Of a stretch of 64,000 bases of DNA, positions 24,469 to 38,573 are shown piece after piece. Location of the stretch: NCBI RefSeq assembly GCF_006345805.1, contig NC_043000.1:56110001-56174000 (forward strand). Reading direction: 5' to 3'. The notes beneath the pieces were generated by a model. That model was not told the DNA's origin. It did no database searches and worked only from the letters and a program-made list of their open reading frames with translations. Within the stretch, counting starts at the first letter, position 1; each line of letters opens with the position of its first letter. The translations under genes and the position numbers were made by a program. This DNA is from Octopus sinensis (taxonomy: Eukaryota).

Positions 24469-25786
24469 CACTCTACCCTTTGTATTCAAGTTCTGTTTTT
24501 CCCACCTTGTTTTGCACTTATGTGCTCATCTATGTGTGTGTATATATATATAAATATATATATTATCTATATATCTATATATATATATATATATGTATAT
24601 ATATAATAGAAAATAGTTACACTAATAATTATATTAACAATATGGGTATAGAAAAATAACTCAAGAGAACATTCTTCATACTAAATACAAAGACAGTCAG
24701 GTCTTACACACATATCTGTACACACCCACCCACCCATCTACACACACACACACACAGTATAAAGGGTCTAGTGTTTTTCATTCGCAAAATATGCATTTTT
24801 TAAAAGGATGAAAAAAAATCTGAAAATCGGCTATAATAATATAGCCTTTCAGTCTCATTTCTTCGAAGGTATAATGTTGTGGAGAATAAAAATTGGAGAA
24901 AAATTTACGGAGGTTTAAAAATCAAAAAACTATTTTAGCCAATAGTGTGACAGAAATTTTCTGCATTTAGCAGAGCAGTGTCAACTTTAAGGTTGTACCC
25001 TGTGAAATTTATAGTTTAGCATCTGACCTGTTCATTGTAGGTTTCTAAATAAATAGAAATACCTAATAAAATCAACATGTATCATCTTACTGTTTCTTTT
25101 GTCTCTTCATTGATTGTATGTTTTTATCATTTTTTTAAATTTGTTATATTAATATATTTGTATGCATGTGTTTAGTTTATGCGTACTTCAGTATTATGTA
25201 TACCATGTATTTATCTACATCATTAATATATAAGTGCATATGTGTGTGAAAAGGGGACGTCTGTCTCCAAAACTCCAAAGTTGAGTAACAGTTCCATACT
25301 TGGATTAGTAAGCTATGATAAGATTAACACTGGTCAATAAAGAATTTGTCCCAAGGAAAAGAATACCTGTATCTTATATGTTTTTGCATGCAGAATTCAA
25401 AATAATGTCAAATTATCTGTATCACCCACAGTTTCTCTGTTCCATGATATCCCTTTCAGTTCCTGTTATGTAGGCTAAATTTCAGTTAAGCTGTTGAAAT
25501 GTGAAGCTAACGGTTTAAGAAATACTCTGAATTAAAATTTTTATGAATAGAATTAACCTAGTGAAATCATAATCCAGCTATCTCAGTCAATGAGTCCCAA
25601 AAATATATGAAATGAAAAATATGTAAAAATACTAAGACACAGAAAAAGCACAGAAAAATATTAAGACACAGAAGTACAGAAAAATATGATATACACTAAC
25701 ATAAAGAAAAATTAAAACGAAACATGCAGGTGAAATCAACATAGACAACAGAGGCGCAGACAGCAGTGAACTAAAACACAGAGTGT

Positions 25787-25832
25787 GTTGTCATGGTAAC
25801 AAGTTGCTAATGCCACACTGTCTGTTGATTGG
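25787..25832. promoter_or_regulatory. RFX X-box plus adjacent half-site and CCAAT box (putative promoter)
   Basis: GTTGTCATGGTAAC (25787-25800) fits GTNNCCATGGNAAC with one mismatch. GTTGCTA at 25803. ATTGG at 25828-25832. Located in a non-repetitive island. Confidence 0.5.
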
Positions 25833-26871
25833 CTAAAATTATCCAAACTTCCCAACTTTAATTCCAAATAACATCAGATTCTTTCATTTGCAAGATTAAA
25901 GTAATTGGTTGATCGTAATCAAAATTCAGAGTTGCATGGATACACCAAAATTGAAAGCAATCTGAGCAAAATTAAGTGGGGCTCATATTGCAAATGAGAA
26001 AGACTAGATCCATATATAGTGAGTTGTAAACTTTTATCAACTGATCTTATCCAAGCATCTTGGAGACAAAGATTCTCTTTTGGTGTATTTGAGTATTTAA
26101 AAAAGAAAAAAAACAAGGACGTAGAAAATTTTTGTATGTTAGAGATGCACAGACACTGTTTTGTTCAAGTGCTCTACAACTATTCTGCAATACAGAATGC
26201 TATTCTAAACAACAGAATATATCTGAATCTTACTAACATTCTATGCATAAACAAATGTAGATATCTTGTAGGTAGAATATTTTCAAAGACAAGAAAATAC
26301 TGTTAGAACATAACCAACAATTTATTTATCAAACTTGTTAAGAATGCATTAAATACAGGCAAGTGGTTTCTACTATAGCCCTTGGCTGACCAAAACCTTG
26401 TGAGTGGATCTGGTAAAAGGAAACTGAAAGGAGCTTGTCATATGTGTATATTTATATATCTATTTGTATGTGTGTGTGTGTGTGTGCCTTAACATCTTGA
26501 CATCATATGATAGTTGTAAACAAGTGTAACTATCATATAGGCAGCGTCATTCCTTCCCTCTTCCATAGAAACATATACAGTCCAGGGGAAAATTTTACCA
26601 TACTCAGAAACATGTGAGAATTAGAAACTAAAAGGGCATCTGGCCATAGAAAATCTGCTTCAATGAATTCTGTCTGACCCATGCAAGCATGGAAAAACGG
26701 TTGCTAAAACAATAACAACGACTACAACGATGATGATGATGATGATGATAATAATAGACAAAGCAGAGTTTAGCAGTTGGCCATACCTCTGCCCAAAGAA
26801 ATATTTCTGACTTTTTGTTTTTAGACTAAGGACAACATACTAATTGTTCCAGAGGGGTATAATACCAGAGA

Positions 26872-26909
<38 letters not shown>

Positions 26910-26975
26910 CTAGTTCTTCTTATGCTAACCTTTACCGAATGCAAAGAAAAGTGGCAGCTGATTTAAGATATTTAA

Positions 26976-27374
26976 CCCTTTAGCATTGAAACTGACCATA
27001 TCTGGCCCCAAATTTTCTCCTTGTTTTATGTTCAAACTCGCCAGATCTGGCCTCTTACATCTAACTAACAATGACATTGAAAACATAAGTAATCACACCA
27101 TTGAAATCTCAAAGTTCCAAAGTAATGCATGATAAATTCAAATCAATGTTTAAATCTTTAGCATTGAAACTGACCATATCTGGCTCAAAATTTACTTCCT
27201 GTTTTATATTCAAACTAGCTAGATCTGGTCTCTCACATCTACCTAACATCGTCATTAAAAGAATAAGCAATCACACTATTGAAATCCCAAAGCTACAAGA
27301 TAATGCATGATTAATTCAAATCAATGTGAATGAGTATGTATTACATTTGAGAGAGTAATCTGAATGTTAAAGGG
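26976..27374. mobile_element. piggyBac-like MITE with internal ~178-bp tandem duplication
   Basis: TTAA at 26972-75 and 27375-78. TIRs CCCTTTAGCATT and AATGTTAAAGGG. tagcattgaaactgaccatatctgg occurs at 26981 and 27159. Confidence 0.8.
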
Positions 27375-28177
27375 TTAAGGGATAAGACTAAACACAATGA
27401 AGCAAAGTGATAAAGCATTCCATTCATTTATGTTCATCTTGGCCACACTTTATTTATAGGAGAAGACTGCTGTGTACATTCTCCTTGTAGTTATTCTGCT
27501 TGGTAATTTGTGTGTAACTTGTCCAAGTATAGTGTAGAACTGCAGATATTATTTGAACTTTTGCCAAGAGCAATACCAATTAAAATCACCCATGTCCAAA
27601 TCTATTGCTGTTTTGCTGTTTTAAGATAAGATAAAAGTTAAAAGAGAAAAATATTTATTCTTTCAAGATCAAAAATGGGGAAGAAAAGGGGAAAATGAAA
27701 AAAAAAATAGCAAAGAAGAAATGGTTAAAAAAAAAAAAAAAAAAAACAAAAAAAAAACTGGAAAATTATAACAAGATCATAAGATACTGCAAAGTACTTT
27801 GTGCTAAGGCGATATTATAACCAGTGAAGCGTAAATCTAAGGTATGGTTACTGCTGCTTGGAAAGTATTTGAAAGAGAAGATGGACAGTATAATACAATT
27901 GGCACATCAATAAGAATTGTAGAATGTGTATGTTTTATTTATTCTTTCGTTCTTTTGCTGGTTTCAGTCAGTTGGCTGTGACCATACTGGGGCACCAACT
28001 TCAAGGGGTTTTAGTTGATCATATCGACCCCCCAGTAATTATATCAACCTTGTAATTATTTTATCAATTTTATCTCTATTTACTGAATGGGTGAGTTTTA
28101 AAATCTAGTGAAGAGAGGGATGTAATTAGACACACACCCACATGTATGTAGTCAAGTTACATGTGTGCGTATGTGTG

Positions 28178-28259
<82 letters not shown>

Positions 28260-28262
<3 letters not shown>

Positions 28263-28460
28263 GGTAGCCCAAAGGTCATGCTGCAAAACATATGACATTT
28301 TACTTATATTACATAATTATTATTATTATCTATTTTGTTCATCAAGTACATGTGCATTCATCATCATTTTATTTATTTTATTCAATTTTAGAAAAAATGT
28401 TTTTATGCAATATACATTAAATGAGTTTTAAACTTGGTGCATGACTTTTGGTTCACCCTG
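28260..28460. mobile_element. Tc1/mariner-type MITE
   Basis: TA flanks. TIRs CAGGGTAGCCCAAAGGTCATGC and GCATGACTTTTGGTTCACCCTG. Confidence 0.8.
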
Positions 28461-28475
28461 TATAAGTGTGTGTGC

Positions 28476-28515
<40 letters not shown>

Positions 28516-29558
28516 TTGTATTTTGGGAGAGTCAGTATGCTAATATTAACAAACACATGCACAAATTATTAGCATAATGACTCCCCCAAGATACAACAAA
28601 ATTTGTTTCAACACATGAGTTCACATCAAGAATCTTGCAAATACAAATACAAAAACAATATATATTATATATATATATATATATATAGGCTATATTTTGT
28701 TTATTTATTTCATCTCTGTCCTTTGTCCATCCACTACTGGTCTCATCTTGAATCACATTTATTCATGTACATATATCCATTTCTGTATTGCATGTTTATT
28801 CATTTCCTTTTTGTTCATTCTCATTCTGTTATATTTTGGTCCCATTTCCAGGCAACTTCTTGTTGCTTGCACCACTAGAAGAGGATCAATATTATCGTAA
28901 GGTGCAAAATAGCATTTGGCCCTCTGGCCGATAACTGATGAAGAGATGGTAACCTTCTGCATCTGTTTTCTGTTTGTTGTGCATTTATTATATGCTTCCC
29001 AATCACATGGTTATGGGTTTGGTCCCACTGTATGGCACCTTGGGCAAATGTCTTCTACTATAGCCTTAGGCCGACCAAAGCCTTGAGAGTGGATTTGGTA
29101 GGCAGAAACTGAAAGAAGCCCATCATATATATATGTGTGTGTGTGTGTGTATGTAAAAGCCATATCAAAACAGACAATGGTATAGCTCACTGGCTTGCCA
29201 CCTCCTATCAAACTGTCCAACCTATGACAGCAAGGAAGATGGACATTAAATGATGAAGATGATGATGTCCAGATTGGTTTTCTTGTTCAACCACAAGAGA
29301 AAAATGAAAATATATACTGGACAAAGTACTGGGAAGAGGGTCGATAGAATTGATTAAAAATTTGTAGGTAGTGCCCCAGTATGGCCACAGTCTAATAATG
29401 AAAGCAGTGAAAGAGTTAAAAGACAACACGTGTGCAAATAGGAAAATACTTTTTCCGCATACATTTTTATCTGCTAGCATGTCAGTTAATTAGTAAACAC
29501 ATTTACTCATAGGACACACATACACACAGACATATATACATACATATATATATATATT

Positions 29559-29596
<38 letters not shown>

Positions 29597-29600
29597 CATA

Positions 29601-29634
<34 letters not shown>

Positions 29635-29724
29635 CAGACACATATATATAAACATATAAGAATACATACATCTGTGTGTAAACATACATACATACACACA
29701 GATACATTCATACAAATGTTTAAA

Positions 29725-29763
<39 letters not shown>

Positions 29764-30576
29764 TATATATATACATATACATACATATATACATATACAT
29801 ATATACATATATATGAGTATATATATATATATAAATACATATATGTGTGAGTGTATATATAAACATGTACATATACACATACATCTAAACATATATGTAA
29901 ATAGATACATATACTCATACATTTATACAAATCCACACATACAAACACACACACACACTCAATAGATTCATGTCATGATTCTTCATTAATTAATTCCTTT
30001 TAGTCATTTCAAAACATACCAATCAGGCGAAACAAGAATAGTTCCCAATCATTTCAGTGCTAGACTATCTTTAGACAGAACTACTCAACAGACCTTCATT
30101 AACTAAGTTTATTATATAACTAGTAGATTTCAATATAGAATCTGTTTACTTCAGTGAGTTTTTTAATCAGGATGACACCTAAAATTACCTGGAGATGCCA
30201 TGGAACAGTCAGGTAGTCTGTAAGTGATTACTTGACCGGCTAAACGCTAAATATAGTAGCCAAATCTTTGGCAAATTACAACCCCGCCGCCACTACTGCT
30301 ACCATCTTCTATATTAATAGACACAAAATTCTGTTTGTCTGGAATCCCTGCATTTCAGTCTATATTTGCTCTACATAGACATATTATAGCTTTTGGGAAT
30401 CAGGATGATCATGGGATTGAAAATCTGCCCTTCATTTGGTTCTTGAACATCCAGCATTGGAATCGGGTTGCATGAGGATTTGTTATGTGCTAAAAGTTGA
30501 AACTTCAGATTTTAAAAGAACCCGAAAAATTTGTGAACTTATAAGTTTTTCATTTAAACTGAATTTAAAGTAATAC

Positions 30577-30860
30577 AATATTGGTAGGGTAATACCATAT
30601 TGGTAGGGAACCAAAAAATGCTTTATTATTATTGCTACCTTTAGTTTTGGGTAGCAGACTCAATTAACCCTCTGCAAGAGCCAGCTTAAAAGCCACACAC
30701 TCCGTGTGAACTGTTAAGCTGGCTCTTGCAGAGGGTTAATTGAGTCTGCTACCCAAAACTAAAGGTAGCAATAATAATAATAAAGCATTTTTTGGTTCCC
30801 TACCAATATGGTATTACCCTACCAATATTAACAGTTCACACGGAGTGTTTCTTTTAAGCT
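30577..30860. repeat. Near-perfect palindrome (113-bp arms) with an inverted copy of the downstream flank as spacer
   Basis: Arm L 30577-30689, spacer 30690-30713, arm L' 30714-30829. The spacer is approximately the reverse complement of 30830-30860. Confidence 0.95.
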
Positions 30861-31975
30861 AGTGTAAAATAAAAAAAACACATTGAATAAGGCAATCCTT
30901 GGTGTCTGAAAGAATAAAAATGCAAAAGAAGAAGTAGTCGTGGCTGGAGTTCATTTGATTATAGATGTGTTTTATAGGAGTGACCAATTATTTATGTACA
31001 ATGTTCACATTAGTTGGGATTGGTGTCTTCAAGATGAGGACACTGGTTCTGACTCATGTAAACATTTTACTTGCACATAATATAAATTCCTCATCTCAGA
31101 AATATAGAATATAGGCACAGGCATGGCTGTGTGGTAAGAAGTTTGCTTCCCAACTACATCATTCCAGGTTCAGTCCCACTGCATAGCACCTTGGGCAAGT
31201 GTCTTCTACTATAGCCTCAGGCTGACCAAATCCTTGTGAATGGATATGGTAGACGAAAACTGAAAGAAGTCCATCATATACACGTGTGTGTGTGTGTGTG
31301 TGTGTCTCCACCACTGATTGACAACCAGTGTTGGTGTGTTTATGTCCCTGTAACTTAGTGGTTCAGCAAAGGGATCAATAGAATAACTACCAAGCTTTAC
31401 AAAAAATGATAAGTTCTAGGAGTTGATAAGTTCAACTAAAATTCTTCAAGGTGATGCTCCAGCATGGTGGCAGTCTAATGACAGAAATAGATAAAAGAAA
31501 AGATAATTGTATTATCCAATCAGTATGGAGCTGACATAAGATATCAATGCCTACAGGCATAGTATAGTGGATAAAGGTGTTGGTTAACACAGTGCAGCCA
31601 CCTAGAGGTTCCAAGTTCAATCTCAGGCAAGGCACTAAGGTGAACCACATAACTGGAGAGTACAACAGTTGAGAGTTGAGACATAGCAAAAGTAACAAGC
31701 AAAATGTGGATACATTGTACATAATATATATAATGCCTCATCTCAGAAATATAGAATTATATAGCCAATTATTTAGTTTAAGGTCGTGGGCAACAAATTA
31801 CTTTCTATATCAAATACTTTTGAACAAGTCTGGACTAAATAGAACTGGAGGAGACATGTGGATGAAGAGTCACTGAAGGGGTCACAGGGTGTGTGACAAA
31901 AGATTTCAAAGGACACTAAAATAAGAATAATAATAAAACTGAAGTGAAGAATGAGTGTATAATGCACATTACTAT

Positions 31976-32361
31976 TTACTCTCTCTTTTACTTGTTTCAG
32001 TCATTTGACTGCAGCCATGCTGGAGCACTGCTTTTAGTTGAGCAAATCGACCCCCAGGACTTATTCTTTGTAAGCCAAGTACTTATTCTATCGGTTTCTT
32101 TTGCCGATGTAAACACACCAGCATCGGTTGTCAAGCAATGTTGGGGGCACAAACACAGACACACAAACACACACACACACATATATATACATATACATAT
32201 ATATACGACAGGCTTCTTTCAGTTTCTGTCTACCAAATCCACTCACAAGGCTTTGGTCAGTCCAAGGCTATAGTAGAAGACACTTGCCCAAGGTGCCACG
32301 CAGTGGGACTGAACCTGGAACTATGTGATTAGTAAGCAAGCTACATAACACACAGCCACTC
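31976..32361 (-). mobile_element. SINE of the 17567 family, well-preserved copy
   Basis: Reverse-complement alignment over the full length. Confidence 0.9.
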
Positions 32362-33485
32362 ATGGCAAAAAAAAAAATGGATGACCCCCAAATATAACAA
32401 TATCTATTTCAACACACAATTCCACATCAGGAATCTTGCAAAACAAAACATAAACAACAAATTTTAAAGAAGTGTTACTTGAATAACATCTATTTGCTTT
32501 GCTTGTTATCTTTCTAAAGATATTATTCCGTGAACCCAGATACTTACAACACACCACCCTCATAAGCCAAATGCTATTTAGATAAATTTTATCGAAATAA
32601 AATTCTTCAGTCATTACCCTATAGCCTGACAATTGCTTTTGTTGGCATGAGACTCAACACATTGCCTTAGATTACCTATGCATCTAGATAGAACAGGCAT
32701 TGGATTAGAAGGAATCTAGCAAGGATACTTGTAACAGACTTTTAGCCAAACCACTACAAACGGAAAGCTAAGAATTCACCCCTTAAGGAGCTTCTTTAAT
32801 GTTCCAAAAGATACATTAGCATTTACATTACACTTTAATTGATAGACCAATTCTGGTGTTCAACCAATCAAATACTTTTGAATTTTGATTAGTATATTAA
32901 CATTTTTGCACCTATTCTTATCCTTCACCCCATACACAACTAGTGAGAAAAAAGTGAGAATTAAATCAACAAAATAAAACAATAAAATGAATCCATTTTC
33001 TATTTTATTCTTCTTTTATTTTATTATATATTTGGAGACTGAATAAGTATGAAGAGCTGTAAGACAGAGGATAATTAAGTCAGAAGTTAATTCAACTATA
33101 AAGGAAAAGATGTAGAGGAAGGGAAGCATATTGTGAGACAAAGCAAAGTACAGAAGAAAAAGGAAACCAAAATAAAAAAAAATAATAGGTAAATAAAAGA
33201 AAATGTAAAACAACTGGAAAAAACAACAACCCAACACTCTTAGAAAATAAACTATATTATGTAAATCAAAGAATGAGGCAAAGAGAAAATACGCCAACAA
33301 AATGAAATGGAAGAAAGTTTATGGGAAATAAATATTGATTAGAATTAAGCTGAAGTTCAAGGGGCTATGGGTAGGGATAGGGTTAGAGTTAGGGCTTGGG
33401 TAAGGAGTTTGGGGGTTAGTTTAAGATTTAAATTACACATTCAGAGCTCATGAATTTATAACAGGCCAGGAAGTGGGATATACAA

Positions 33486-33613
33486 GGAGGAGGAGGAGGA
33501 GGAAGAAGAAGAAGAAGAAGAAGAAGAAGAAGAAGAAGAAGAAGAAGAAGAAGAAGAAGAAGAAGAAGAAGAAGAAGAAGAAGAAGAAGAAGAAGAAGAA
33601 GAAGAAGAAGAAG

Positions 33614-33645
<32 letters not shown>

Positions 33646-33663
33646 GTAGTAGTAGTAGTAGTA
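33486..33663 (+). repeat. Compound microsatellite (GAG)5-(GAA)~47-(GTA)7
   Basis: Read directly. The pure GAA tract spans about 33502-33642. Confidence 0.98.
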
Positions 33664-34083
33664 ATAGTGGGGGAAGAAATGGAGAAAGAGAAGAATAACA
33701 AAAACAAGAACAAGAAAAACAAGGATAGTCTGAATTCAATTTTCTGGGCTTCATTTATAGTTTCAGTGTATTAACAAGAATGAATATATAAGCATTCACA
33801 CACACACATATACATACACAGGTATGCACATGACATATACAGACATACACATGCCTCTAAATACATATAACTACATATAAACTCACACATATATGCACAA
33901 ATACATGAGCATGCATAAACGTAGAGATATATATATGTATATGTGCGTGTGTGTGGGTGTGTGGATGTATGTGCGTTTAGTACGTATGCACACAAATAAA
34001 TTGATTTCTGTTGGTTTTGGCAATGAGTGTAACAACAGTTTAATGACCTACTCATTGAATTTGCATTGAAGAGGCTAAATATT

Positions 34084-34122
<39 letters not shown>

Positions 34123-34544
34123 ACACACACACACACGCTCGCATGTACCCTTAACATAATTCTCAGGAAGAACCTTTGTGACAACACGTGACACAGCTGG
34201 CCCTTTGAATCATATATATATAGGTCCAACTTCTGGGATTTGCCACCGTTTCTATCAACCCAAATTCACTCCCATGGCTTTGATCAACTCTGGAAAATTA
34301 CTCCACAGCCACAATACAAGCATGCTGAATTTAAAAATTAATGCAAGTTCTTTTTTGTGTGGGAGATTTAATTCTCACTACACATTATGTGTGTGTGTGT
34401 ATGTGTGTGTGTGTGTGCATGAGCATATGCTTGTGTTGTGAGTATATAAGCAAGTATGAGTGTGTGTGCATTTCTGCATAAGTGTGCACATGTGTGTGTG
34501 TGTCTTCATGCATAAAGATGTGTATATCATCGTTATCATCATCA

Positions 34545-34745
34545 TTTACAAGCATGTTCCATGCCAGCATGGGTTTAATGGTCCGACAGGATCTGATGGG
34601 CCCAAGAACAACATCATGCTCTTGTGACTACTTTGGCATGGTTTCTAAGACTGAATACTGTTCCTGGGACCAACAACTTCACAGAATGTAGTGGGTGAAT
34701 TTTTCATGCCACCAGCACCTGTAAGGCCTCCATGCAGTTTAAAAT
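34545..34745 (-). mobile_element. Decayed RTE-type 3' tail fragment
   Basis: catcatcatttacaagcatgttccatgccagcatggg...tgccaccagcacc is the reverse complement of the RTE 3' terminus. Confidence 0.6.
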
Positions 34746-36559
34746 ACTACACACCCAGGGGAGAAGGGAGAACAACTTTAAATTAGGAGACAAGGAGCAA
34801 AAGATGAGTAAAAGTATGAGAGAAAGGGCCTGATCAGAACAAGTTTCTTGCTGTTGAGGAACTACACGACAACTCACATTTTAGAAAAGTGGGCAGGAAT
34901 GATCAAGTGAAGCCTGTGAGCAATGAGGGGTGGAAAGAAAGAGAAGACTGACAGTGCTGAGTAGTAGAATAGCAATGATGAAACAACAGACAGAAGGATG
35001 AGAGGGGATGATACTGAGTAGGTTGCAGGAGTGGCTGATGAAGAAAGAGGCAGGTATAGTGCATGAGGAGGATGAGAGATCTATGATGGTGCATGGGGAT
35101 AGTTGTTAACTCAGTGATTAATAAAAGTGTGGGTGGAAAGAACAGTATTAACAGATAAAGAGCAGATAACAAGTGAAATGGTTCTGGGTAGTAAGAACAG
35201 TGGTATCAAGGAGGAGCAGGAGCTGTGGTAAGGGAGGTGACGGGGTTATCTTATTAATAAAATATTTAAAGGTAGTGAGCTGGCAGAATTGTTATCATGC
35301 TGGGCAAAATGCTTAGCAGCATTTCATCCATCTTTGGATTCTGGGTTCAAATTCTGCCACGGTCAACTTTGTCTTTCATTATTTTGGGGTCGATGCAATA
35401 GACTTAATCCCTCCCCTGAAATTGCTGACCTTGTGCCAAAATTGAAAATCCTTACCAAAAATGTACTTAAAGGCAGTGAGCTGGCAGAATCATTATCAAG
35501 CTAGACAAAATGCTTAGTGGTATTTCTTCTGCCTTTTAGGATCAATAAAATAAATACCAGCTGAAAACTGGCAGGTGGGACTTGGGCAAGTGTCTTCTAC
35601 TATAGCCTCGGACCAACTAAAGACTTGTGAGTGGACAGACTGGTAGATGGAAACTGAAAGAAGCCCAACAACTAGTGTCTGTGTTCACATCCATACAACT
35701 TAGCAGTTCAGCAAAAGAGGCTGATAGAATAAGTACTAGGCTTGAAAAATGAAATCCTAGGGCCAGTTTGTTTGACTAAAAACTCTTCAAGGTGGTGACC
35801 CAGCGTAGCTGCAGCTAACTGACTGAGACAAGTAAAAGATAAAAGATGTGATTGTTTAATTTTTGGAATGACATTACAGGGAAGGCATGAGAGGCCAGAT
35901 CTAGCTGGTTTGACCATAAAACAGTAGAATATTTAGGCCTTATAAGATCCATTTAAATGCAAAACAGTAAAACAAGATGGGTGTATTGGCACATAGCTAA
36001 AAGTATTCTGCCTACGATTTGATTGCTTTATTCTATTCTCTGTTACACCAATGTATTATTATTAATAGTTTATTCGCAGTCTACTAACGATTTTACTATC
36101 TTGGAACCAAATTATCCAGCAACATCATTCCAATATCTTGTTCATCATCATAAAAATATTTGATATAATGAGACACACTTTTGCAGATCTGGAAATTTAC
36201 GCATCAAATAGAATTACGAAAATTAGTGAAATGAGGAATTTCTGAGGAATTTCTATGGGTCCCACTATTCCATAATATTATGTAGTTCTGTGTGGCTAAG
36301 AAGCTTGCTTGGCAACAACCATATGGTTTTGGGTTCAGTACCACTGTACAGCAGCTTGTAGTATAGCTCTGGGCCAACCAAAGCCTTGTGAGTGTATCTG
36401 GTAGACAGAAGCCATTTGGAAGCCCTGTCATATGTGTGTATGTGTGTGTGAGTGTTGTGTACATATATGCATATGTGTGTGTGCATGTGTATGTTTGCCC
36501 CACCACTGCTTGATAACCAGTGCTGGTTTGTTTACATCCCTGTAACAAAAGAGACAGCT

Positions 36560-36780
36560 AGATGAAAGGTGGAGAGACAAGAGAGAAATGGGTGTAAGAG
36601 TGGAGCTACTATGAGCCCACCTAACTCTAAGGGTCAAGGGCCATTACAGAATTGGTAGAGAAAGCAGGAGAGGAGAAACAGCAGGCTTGTGGGCCAGAGG
36701 TAGGAGCCTGTCTGTGAGTGATGTTATACCAACATACTGGATGCTGTTATTTGTGTTAGAGGGCAGCAAAATCCATGGGC
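36560..36780 (-). mobile_element. Decayed CR1/L2-like LINE ORF 3' fragment (similar relic at about 34820-35230)
   Basis: The minus strand gives a disrupted LLLSLPIL / LYQFCNGP*PLELGGLIVAPL..HPF, resembling the CR1-type LFYRYYxGxCSxEL...HP motif. Confidence 0.4.
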
Positions 36781-38573
36781 AGAACCCTTCTTACAGACAA
36801 AACCAAAAAAAAAAAAACAAAAAAAAAATCTCAACATGCTAATTAAAGAGCTTTAGCTCTCCACTAATCATGATATTAGGGACAAGACAATAAGGCAGTC
36901 TGTATGTAGTAGTAGCTCTACTTGCTAAAAACAGCAGTCAAATATCTGCTGAATCACAACCTACCATCATAAGAAAACAAGGCAAACACAAATTAAATAA
37001 TCTAGTCAGGGTTGGTCATGGTTGAAATTCCACTGATCTTACGTCTGTTCTGCTTGGGGGTGGGGAGGAAAGAGAGGAAAAAGATGAAGCAGATAAATTA
37101 CATATTATAAAATCATCTCATTAAAAGTGATAATCATTTATTTGGTTTTTATGTAAATTAAATTACTCAAGGGGGAAAATGTTTTATTTGTTTCTGTTGC
37201 TATTACTCCAGATGTGTCTGTATCTATGTGTTTGCTTTTGTGTGTGTCAAAAAGAGAGAGAATATGTAAGAGAGACTTAGTGTGTGTGTGAGAGAGAGAG
37301 AGTGTGTGTGTATTTGTGTGTGTGTGTGTATCTGTGTGTGTTGTTCAAAGTCTGTTGTTAGAATTGTTGTTGTTGTCACTGATCCAATTAGCTTTATCAA
37401 TTTTCACCACTCTACGTCTTAAGTTTGACTTTGAGACAGAATGACCACTATCTCAATTAATTGAAATTTCATTTCTCAAACCGAAACATTTGATAATCTC
37501 TGAACAAAATCTAACAACAAACATTATAAATCTCACTCAAGTTTTAAACGCAAACCAAGTTACTAGAAAGCAAAACAAAACAAAGAGAAATAAGAAAAAA
37601 TAAATTTGACAAAAAAAAATCAAAATAAATTAATGATAAAGAAATACAAATTCATTTTTTGTTAGCTGATCTGTATTCTTATTATACAGACAAGCCAATG
37701 AAAGTGAATTTAGATTAAAGAAAATTCTAGATAAAACAATGAGGTAGAAATATTTCCCCATATTTCCAACAGTAGGGATTATCAAACTGGAGTCAATTTA
37801 CCCCCAAGGGCTAAATTTTACCGACTTAAGAATATAAATTACTGATTCAAGTATTGAAATATTTTTTTATCAATTAGACTTTTTTGAAAACCTGAAGGCA
37901 AAAAGAAAATTTTAAACAAGCCTATTTTTATGAACTAATACTAACTTTTCTTTCTCATATTATATTTTAGATTTAATGACCTGTAATGTAGGTTTCTTAA
38001 TTATTATGTTGCTAATGGAGGTCTCTAATTCAGAAGATTGTGTTTGGTTCTGGTACCTGCTGAAATAACATTGTTATGTGCTATCTTTATTGTTAATAGA
38101 ACTTAAACTAATAATGTTCAAAAACAGCATTTTAAATTTGCTCTTTGTGAATTATTTAAAGTCAAATTCCTGAATAAAATTGAGTGTAGGGAGTAAACTT
38201 TCAGAATGTTGACAGGGAACAAATGGAATGGAAAAGTTTGAGAACTTGTGCCTCACAAAATCATATTATAATAAAGAAATAATTGTATAAAATCATTAGT
38301 GACAGAGACAGTATTCATAACCAAGCAATAATGTTTATCCCCACTTAAATGTGGATGTTCTGTTAGTACAAACTATACTGCAATAGATACCACGAGAGAA
38401 ACTCTCATATTGGCTTTTGGTGCAAAATGCACTCTTGTTTATATTACTAGTGGAGAGATAAATCTGTGCCATCTCCAGTGCCAAGACCACCAGATCATGT
38501 AATTTCAACTTTCCTTGGTCTTGTTAATGATAGATATTCAACCATTAGAGACAGCAGCAACTCATCTCCTCAC

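Noticed and set aside
25919-26116. ORF ...DAWIRSVDKSLQLTIYGSS... as a terminal exon
   Set aside because: No recognisable homology, and it lies directly beside the putative promoter. It cannot be supported without transcripts.
28851-28962. Possible exon (GNFLLLAPLEEDQYY on +, or DAEGYHLFISYRPEGQ on -)
   Set aside because: The region shares sequence with the repeat at about 9920 and neither reading has independent support.
33375-33420. Interstitial telomere
   Set aside because: Only one or two exact TTAGGG units are present and the rest is degenerate.
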